Of a DNA stretch of 64,000 nucleotides, positions 57,750 to 64,000 are shown piece by piece. The DNA is from Nannocystales bacterium (GTDB taxonomy: Bacteria > Myxococcota_A > Polyangia > Nannocystales > Nannocystaceae): the NCBI GenBank assembly GCA_050633305.1, contig JBOEGF010000018.1, positions 768,001 to 832,000 on the forward strand. Reading direction: 5' to 3'. Numbering within the stretch: position 1 is the first letter of the stretch; every line of letters begins with the position of its first letter. A model generated the notes under the pieces. It was given only the letters and a program-made list of their open reading frames with translations, had not been told where the DNA came from and did no database searches. A program made the position numbers and the translations under genes.

Positions 57750-59495
57750 ATGCCCGAAACAGCCGCCGCCGTCCAGATCGCCAACCTCATCCACGACGGC
57801 TTCGACACGTTCTACAGCGAGTTCAAGCGCCTGACCCGGGAGTGCCGCCAGTGGTTCGACAATCGGGAGTGGATCCGGATGCACGAGGAAAGCCACGCGC
57901 GTATCGACCTCTACCAGCGGTTCGTCCGTCGGACCCTCGACGCGCTGGAGCGCGAGTTTGGGGAGATCCCCCGGGACCGCAACGTGTGGCGGGGAGCGCA
58001 TCGGCATTTCGCGGTCGCAACGGCGCAGCGGCCTGACCAAGAGGTGGCCGAGACGTTCTTCAACGCGATCTCGCGCAAGACATTTCGAACTGTTGGCGTC
58101 AACAAGGACATCGAGTTCCTCGAGAATCACTTTTACGAAGAGCCCTCCGGACCGCCGCTCCACCGCCGCTTGCCGCCGACGACCGACTTGGCTGGGTTGT
58201 TTCGCCGGGTGTTGAGCACGCCCCGGCCGGCGCTCGGGTGGGCCGACCGGGACGCCGATGCGGAGTATCTCGCCGCGCGGCTTGCCGAGCATCTTCATGC
58301 GACCTGGGGCGAGACGAGCTTCGATCGGGTTGACGTCCTTCCGGTGCTCTTCTTCCGGGTTCGCGAGGCGTACATCGTGGGTCGCGTGATTCGGGGGGGG
58401 CATGTCGTGCCGATGGTGCTCCCGCTGCAGTCGACACCACAGGGTGTTGTGGTTGACGGGGCGATCTTCTCGCTGGAGGAGACGCTCGCCGTCTTCAGCA
58501 GCACGCGCGCCTACATGTTCGTCGATGTGCATCGACCGAGTGATCTCGTTCGTTTCCTCGGCACACTGATGCCGAAGCTGTCCCTCTCGGAGCTGTATGT
58601 CGCGATCGCCCACCACCGGCACGGCAAGACGTTGATCCATCGCGAACTCGTCGAGCACCTGGCGCACAGTGACGACAAGTTCATCATCGCGCCCGGCATC
58701 CGAGGGTTGGTGATGACCGTGTTCACGATGCCCAACTACGGGAACGTGTTCAAAATCATCCGCGACAAGTTCGAGAAACCGGACGCCACGCGTTCGGCGA
58801 TCATGCAGTCGTATCGGGATGTTTTTCGCGGGCGGCGAGTTGGACGGCTGGCCGATACCCAGGAGTTCGAACACCTGGAGTTCGATCGGGCTCGTTTCAC
58901 GGAGTCTTGCCTTCGTGAGCTGCTCGAGAAGGCCTCCAACACGGTCCGTGTGGTCGGCGACAAGGTCGTCGTCTCACATCTGTACATCGAGGAGAAACTC
59001 ACGCCTCTGAACATCTTCCTCGAGGAGGCTCCGCCGAAGAAGGCCGCCGCGGCCATCGTGGACTACGGGGAGGCGATCAAGGAGTTGGCCGCCAACAACA
59101 TTTTTGCCGGGGACCTGCTGTGGAAGAACTTCGGCGTGAGCGAGTACGGCCGCGCGGTCCTCTACGACTATGACGAAATCGCCCCGCTGCTCTCCTGCAA
59201 CTTTCGCGAGGTCCCAACCCCCAAGACCCATGAGCAAGAGATGGCGGCCAGCCCCTGGTACCCGATCGCCCCGGAGGACGTGTTTCCTCAGGAGTGGGCT
59301 CCGTTCATCGTTCCTCGCGATCCTGGCCTGTCACAGGCTTTCCGAAAGGCACACGCCAATCTTCTGACGGCCGAGCTGTGGCGGGCAAAACAGAGGGCGG
59401 TACTCGACGGCGAACTCGAGGTTGGGTTGCCCTACCGGCCGCGGTACCCAGCCCTCCATGACGCACCGGCCGGGGCGCCGCGTCCGCCCGAGTGA
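57750..59495 (+). CDS. aceK: Isocitrate dehydrogenase kinase/phosphatase
   Basis: AETFFNAI, APGIRGLVMTVF, VFKIIRDKF, RVGRLADTQEF, GDLLWKNFGV, YDYDEI; ATG at 57750. Confidence 0.93.
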   Translation: MPETAAAVQIANLIHDGFDTFYSEFKRLTRECRQWFDNREWIRMHEESHARIDLYQRFVRRTLDALEREFGEIPRDRNVWRGAHRHFAVATAQRPDQEVAETFFNAISRKTFRTVGVNKDIEFLENHFYEEPSGPPLHRRLPPTTDLAGLFRRVLSTPRPALGWADRDADAEYLAARLAEHLHATWGETSFDRVDVLPVLFFRVREAYIVGRVIRGGHVVPMVLPLQSTPQGVVVDGAIFSLEETLAVFSSTRAYMFVDVHRPSDLVRFLGTLMPKLSLSELYVAIAHHRHGKTLIHRELVEHLAHSDDKFIIAPGIRGLVMTVFTMPNYGNVFKIIRDKFEKPDATRSAIMQSYRDVFRGRRVGRLADTQEFEHLEFDRARFTESCLRELLEKASNTVRVVGDKVVVSHLYIEEKLTPLNIFLEEAPPKKAAAAIVDYGEAIKELAANNIFAGDLLWKNFGVSEYGRAVLYDYDEIAPLLSCNFREVPTPKTHEQEMAASPWYPIAPEDVFPQEWAPFIVPRDPGLSQAFRKAHANLLTAELWRAKQRAVLDGELEVGLPYRPRYPALHDAPAGAPRPPE

Positions 59496-59559
59496 CATCG
59501 TGCTGACATCCGTTGCATCCCGCTTCGTGACGGACTATGCACGCTCGAACGCAGTCGTC

Positions 59560-60978
59560 ATGGAAGCTCTACTCCGCGTCATCAGCGGCCCCAATGTTGG
59601 GGCGTGCTTCGTGCTCGAAGAACGCACGAGGGTGGGTCGTGCCGCGGACGCGGACATCCAACTCGATGAGCCGTACGTCTCCCGGCACCACGCCCGCGTC
59701 CGTCGGCAACCGGACGGAAGCTTCGAACTCTGCGACCTCGGTAGCACGGCGGGGACGACCGTCAACGGAGCACCCGTCTCCAAGAAGACCCTTCAGCCCG
59801 ACGACGTGATCGCGATCGGTCGTAGCCGGTTCTCGTTCGAGATGGGTGCCGAGACCTCCACCGCGGCGAGCTTCTCCAAGAAGGAGCGAGGGTTCGCGAC
59901 CCTTCGCCCGACCGTGCCGATGCCCGTGGTTCCGACCGCGTCGTCACCGAAGCCAGCGTCGACACCCGTCAAGCGGAAGCGGCGTCCGACGACGCAGCGA
60001 CGCATCCCGGCGATGCGCGACGCTCAACCCGTTGTTCAACGGCCGAAGCGACCCCGCAGTGAGACGGCCGAGAACCTGCTTGATGACATCCTCGGTCCCC
60101 AGACCGATGTCGTGGTGATGCGGCTGCAGGGCGCGGCCAACGAGGACAGCGGACCGAAGGTCGCCGCGTCGAAGGTCGAGCCTGAGCCTGCAACGTCCCA
60201 GGCCGCGACGCCCAACGCAGCAACGCACAACGCAGCAACGCCAGAGACTGCGAAGCCAGATGCGGCAGAGCGCGAGACTGTGAAGCGCGAGACTGCGAAG
60301 CCCGAGGCGAAGAAGCCTGGGCCGAGCGTCGCCCCGTCGGTGGGCATCGTGACTCCGCCACGGCCACGGGTGCAGCCTGTTGCGCCCGTCGAACGAGTCA
60401 AGGTGCAGATGCCACCGGGACCTCGTACGCAGCCCATCGGCGTACCGCGCGGTGTCCAGCTGACGGAGTCTGGAGCCCTCGTCACGGACTGCAACCCGGA
60501 GGAGCGGGAAGCCGCGCTCTCGACCCTCCGAGACGTGCTCGACTACCGCGCGCTTCGTCTCGATGGATTGCGTGGTCGTTCGATGGACGCCCGCGCAAAG
60601 GCTCGGTACGCCCAGCTGACGACCCGCTTGTTGGTCGAGACCCACGGACTGCCCTCCTCTCGCCGCTTCGTTCGCGAGCCATGCCCGTTGCCCGCGACCC
60701 TGACCCAGCGAGACGGCGCGCTGTCGCGGACGCTCGAGGTTCGTCTCGACGACCTGAGCGCGGGCGGAACTCGACTGTCGATGTTCGACCCTTCGGTACG
60801 GGTCGGGGACGAAGTCTGGGTCGCTTTCGATCTGGCGGCGCTGTTCTCGTTCGGGCAGAAGGTCGTATTCCGAAGCCGGGTCGTGTGGACCAGCGGACGC
60901 ATCGGCGCGACGGGTCTCATGTTCGGCGGCAACGCGCGCTTCGTCGACACTGTCGAGGCGGCCATTGCAACGGGTTGA
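59560..60978 (+). CDS. FHA - linker - PilZ domain protein
   Basis: FHA (VGR, VSRHHA, GSTAGT); C-terminal RRFVR (RxxxR) and DLSAGG (DxSxxG); ATG at 59560. Confidence 0.8.
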   Translation: MEALLRVISGPNVGACFVLEERTRVGRAADADIQLDEPYVSRHHARVRRQPDGSFELCDLGSTAGTTVNGAPVSKKTLQPDDVIAIGRSRFSFEMGAETSTAASFSKKERGFATLRPTVPMPVVPTASSPKPASTPVKRKRRPTTQRRIPAMRDAQPVVQRPKRPRSETAENLLDDILGPQTDVVVMRLQGAANEDSGPKVAASKVEPEPATSQAATPNAATHNAATPETAKPDAAERETVKRETAKPEAKKPGPSVAPSVGIVTPPRPRVQPVAPVERVKVQMPPGPRTQPIGVPRGVQLTESGALVTDCNPEEREAALSTLRDVLDYRALRLDGLRGRSMDARAKARYAQLTTRLLVETHGLPSSRRFVREPCPLPATLTQRDGALSRTLEVRLDDLSAGGTRLSMFDPSVRVGDEVWVAFDLAALFSFGQKVVFRSRVVWTSGRIGATGLMFGGNARFVDTVEAAIATG

Positions 60979-60985
60979 TGTGCCG

Positions 60986-61819
60986 ATGCGCGAGCCATAC
61001 CTGCTCGATCCGGGCTACTGGGTCGCTCCGTTGCGTACGCCAACCTTGCCGCCCGCGAGTGCGACGAACACCGCGGTCGTTGGTGTTCGCAAGTTGGCGG
61101 TCATCGAACCCGCGACCCCGCACCCGGATGAGCAGGACCGACTGGTGGCGATGCTGGACGAGCGAATCGCGGACGGCGCTCAGGTCGAGGCCATCCTCGT
61201 CACACATCATCACAGCGACCACATTGGGTTTGCCCAAGCGCTGGCGGACCGCGTGGGAGCCCCAATCCTGGCCCATCCGGAGACCGCGGCTCGGGTTTCG
61301 ATGACGGTCGACCGTCACATCAGCGACGAAACGCTGATCGAACTCGATGCGGGCCACGCGGTGCGTCCCGTCTTCACCCCCGGACATGCGCCCGGACACC
61401 TGGTCTACCTCGATACGGCTACGGGCATCGCCCACGCCGGGGACATGGTCGCGGGGGAGGGCTCCATCCTGATCGACCCCGATGACGGTGGCGACATGTT
61501 GGCGTATCTCGCCTCGCTCGAGACCTTGGCAGCGCTCGGCGCGAGCCGGCTCGTCCCGGCCCATGGCAACACCTTCGAGGAGCCCGAAACGGTCTGCCGT
61601 CATTTCGTCGAGCATCGGCTCGGGCGAGAACGCAAAGTTTTGGCCGCGATGGGGACGGAATCGAAAACACTGCCAGAAATCCTGGCATCGGCCTATGCGG
61701 ATACCCCAAAGATGCTTTGGCCGCTCGCCGAGAAGTCGCTTCGTGCCCACCTCTCCAAGCTCGTGACCGACGGCCAGGTGCTTCAAGACGAGACGGGTGC
61801 GCGGCGAGTCGTGACCTGA
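60986..61819 (+). CDS. Metallo-beta-lactamase-fold hydrolase (LACTB2-like)
   Basis: RTPTLPPA, THHHSDH, TPGHAPGH, AGDM, PAHG. Confidence 0.9.
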   Translation: MREPYLLDPGYWVAPLRTPTLPPASATNTAVVGVRKLAVIEPATPHPDEQDRLVAMLDERIADGAQVEAILVTHHHSDHIGFAQALADRVGAPILAHPETAARVSMTVDRHISDETLIELDAGHAVRPVFTPGHAPGHLVYLDTATGIAHAGDMVAGEGSILIDPDDGGDMLAYLASLETLAALGASRLVPAHGNTFEEPETVCRHFVEHRLGRERKVLAAMGTESKTLPEILASAYADTPKMLWPLAEKSLRAHLSKLVTDGQVLQDETGARRVVT

Positions 61820-61919
61820 CGGTCCACCACGGCCCGGAGATGGACAGCGCGCGTCCGGGTGCGCTCTAGACTCGAAGAGCTGACCGGGCTCGGCACGGGG
61901 GTTGAAGAACCCCTGAGGC

Positions 61920-62945
61920 ATGACTCGCTGGCAGTCCTGGTTCCTCCCCGCCCTTGTCGCGCTCGCGGGGTGCGATGTGAACCCTCGAACGGAAGAGCTT
62001 GGTGCTGCCGACGTCCCCGACGACCCCGCTTCGGGGGAGCCGTCGACGGCCGGGTCCGACGGACCGGTGGACGATGACCAAGGGTCGACCGGTGCCGGAG
62101 CCGAGAGCTCGGGAGGGGATGGCTTCGGGAGCTCCGGGGCTATCTTTGATGTTCCCGAACTTCCGGACCCCGTGACACCGGGAGTCTGCGATGCGGTCGA
62201 CCTTCTGTTTGTGATCGACAACTCCGGGTCGATGGCGGACGAGCAAGCGAACCTGATCGCAAGCGTCCCTGGGTTCATCGACGGCATCTCCGACCGGTTG
62301 GGCGTCCACACCGACTATCACGTGGGTGTGGTCAGTACCGACGAAGCAACCTTCAACGCGGACGGATGCCAGGAAATCGGGGCCCTCGTGACGCAGACCC
62401 GGGGCAACCTCTCCAGCGATAGTGACTGCGGACCCTACGTCGATGGTGCGTCGTTCATGACGCCCCACGACGACCTCGACAGCTCCTTTGCATGTGCGGC
62501 GCAACTGGGCATCGATGGCAACGGAATCGAACGGCCGATGGATGCCCTCGACCGAGCGCTGCATCCCGCACAAGGTGTGACCGCCTGCAATGATGGATTC
62601 CTTCGCGATGAGGCGTTGCTGGTCGTCGTCTTGATCACCGACGAGGAGGACGACACGGAATCCGAGGGGGACCCGGTCGCCTGGTACGAGTCTGTCGTTG
62701 CCGCGAAGGATGGCGACGAAGAGCGCGTTGTGGTGCTCTCGCTGGTCGGCCACCCCAAGCCCAACGATTGCATCCCAACGCAATGGACCGGCATGCAGGG
62801 GGCCGAGATCGCGACTCGGATCCTGCAGTTCACGAGCATCTTCCCCTACGGGTACGTCGGGGACATCTGCAGCGCCGACTACGAACCGTTCTTCACCGAC
62901 GCGACCGAGCACATCGACACGGTGTGCTCGATCCCGGCGGGGTAG
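61920..62945 (+). CDS. vWA-domain lipoprotein
   Basis: Lipobox LAGC; DLLFVIDNSGSM (MIDAS DxSxS), FLRDEALLVVVLITDEED. Confidence 0.8.
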   Translation: MTRWQSWFLPALVALAGCDVNPRTEELGAADVPDDPASGEPSTAGSDGPVDDDQGSTGAGAESSGGDGFGSSGAIFDVPELPDPVTPGVCDAVDLLFVIDNSGSMADEQANLIASVPGFIDGISDRLGVHTDYHVGVVSTDEATFNADGCQEIGALVTQTRGNLSSDSDCGPYVDGASFMTPHDDLDSSFACAAQLGIDGNGIERPMDALDRALHPAQGVTACNDGFLRDEALLVVVLITDEEDDTESEGDPVAWYESVVAAKDGDEERVVVLSLVGHPKPNDCIPTQWTGMQGAEIATRILQFTSIFPYGYVGDICSADYEPFFTDATEHIDTVCSIPAG

Positions 62946-64000
62946 TCAGGGAAGGGTGGAGACCGAGACGGTCTGGAAACCCAGCGGACCGACCGTCCAC
63001 GCGGCGGCAAGCGTTCCGTCCGGGCCGATTGCGACGACGGGTCCGATGGCGTCCCCTTCCTCGGGAACACTGAGCTCGACGGCGGCGCTCCAGTGGACCG
63101 CGTTCGGTCCCCGTCTGCGCCCCATGACCCGCCAACGCCCGTCCTCTCCCCGCTCACTCCAGACCAACGCGACTTCGCCGTCCGGTCCGACCGCGAGACG
63201 CGGGTCTTGGGCGGTGCGTCCGGCCGTCGACAACGCTTGTGTTCGCGGGACGTCCCATTGGCCCGCATTGTCGTGGTGTGCCGCGTAGACTTGGGTTGCA
63301 CCGGGAGGTCCGTCGAACCATGTGACGTGGGCCTCTCGGGTTGGGGAGATGGCGACGTCGATGCAGGTTGCGAACTCTCGCAGCGGACCGAACGTATCGT
63401 CGATGTCGTGGGGCGTCGTCCACCTGCGTTTCCCCGTCCGACTGGCGGCGTAAAGACCCACCGCGCCCGAGGGATGCTGCTGCGACCAGAACACGAGCGC
63501 CTGGCCGAACTCTCCGATGGCCACGACGGGGTTGCGGATCTCGTGGCTGGCCAGTGGAGGTCCCAAGGGCGAAAGCCAGTCGTCGATTGCAGGCTTGGAG
63601 AAGTGACCCGCGGCGCCGGTCCGCTCGCTGACGAACAGCCGGAGACCGTCGCTGACGGGGTCGTTGCTCGTCGAACCGGGTGGTGGCGTGGCCTGGTACC
63701 ACGTCACGAGCGCATCGCCGTTAGTCGCGGCCGCAAGCTGAGGTGCGTTCGAAAAGAACACCTGCGGTGAGATGACATCGTCGGGGGCGTGCGGGAGGTT
63801 GAGCGGTCCGCCGGGTCCTCGGCGAGCGACGGCGACCCCGTAGCCGCCCTTGCTGAGCCATTGGTTCCATACCAGGAAGCCCTCTCCTGTCGGTACGAGG
63901 ACGGGACGAGGCTCGTACGCCTTGGGGAGCGCGGACACCTGTTCCCCGATGTCGGAGCTCAGCCACTGGCCGGTGTCGTCTCGTCGCAGCAAATGGACCG
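62946..64000 (-). CDS. Hypothetical beta-repeat (propeller-like) protein, 5' end outside the window
   Basis: Frame open to the window edge; repeated P.[LV]A....G.A.V.W units. Confidence 0.6.
   Translation of the reverse strand, partial: VHLLRRDDTGQWLSSDIGEQVSALPKAYEPRPVLVPTGEGFLVWNQWLSKGGYGVAVARRGPGGPLNLPHAPDDVISPQVFFSNAPQLAAATNGDALVTWYQATPPPGSTSNDPVSDGLRLFVSERTGAAGHFSKPAIDDWLSPLGPPLASHEIRNPVVAIGEFGQALVFWSQQHPSGAVGLYAASRTGKRRWTTPHDIDDTFGPLREFATCIDVAISPTREAHVTWFDGPPGATQVYAAHHDNAGQWDVPRTQALSTAGRTAQDPRLAVGPDGEVALVWSERGEDGRWRVMGRRRGPNAVHWSAAVELSVPEEGDAIGPVVAIGPDGTLAAAWTVGPLGFQTVSVSTLP

Overview
High-GC window, most likely from a myxobacterium (inferred from Cys-rich lipoproteins, Pro-rich linkers, several FHA proteins and a Hanks-type kinase). 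Positions ~0.4-22 kb hold a type VI secretion system (T6SS) cluster in two divergent arms: minus strand FHA/pseudo-ATPase-tssJ-tssK-tssL-tssM-tagF-tssB-tssC-tssA and plus strand hcp-tssE-tssF-tssG-tssH(clpV). No vgrG or PAAR gene is visible. An accessory block follows (22-43 kb): a translationally coupled operon of histidine kinase, ThDP enzyme and two degenerate citrate-synthase-fold genes; tagH/fha; two lipoproteins; an FHA-TM-WD40 protein; nfeD plus two flotillins; an FHA-TM-LysM-MepA peptidoglycan endopeptidase; a Ser/Thr kinase; and a degenerate TssB-TssC fusion. The rest is a TetR-associated fatty-acyl-CoA operon, an ECF sigma/anti-sigma module with lipoproteins, an FGE-fold lipoprotein, aceK, an FHA-PilZ protein, an MBL hydrolase and a vWA lipoprotein. 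The most unusual items are the FHA-fused, apparently catalytically dead TadA/CpaF-like ATPase heading the T6SS membrane-complex genes, the TssBC fusion lacking its polymerisation arms, TssA with tandem ImpA_N domains, the FHA-linked murein endopeptidase and the sensor-plus-biosynthesis mini-operon. All calls come from reading motifs by eye; no database searches were run, so novelty is unverified.
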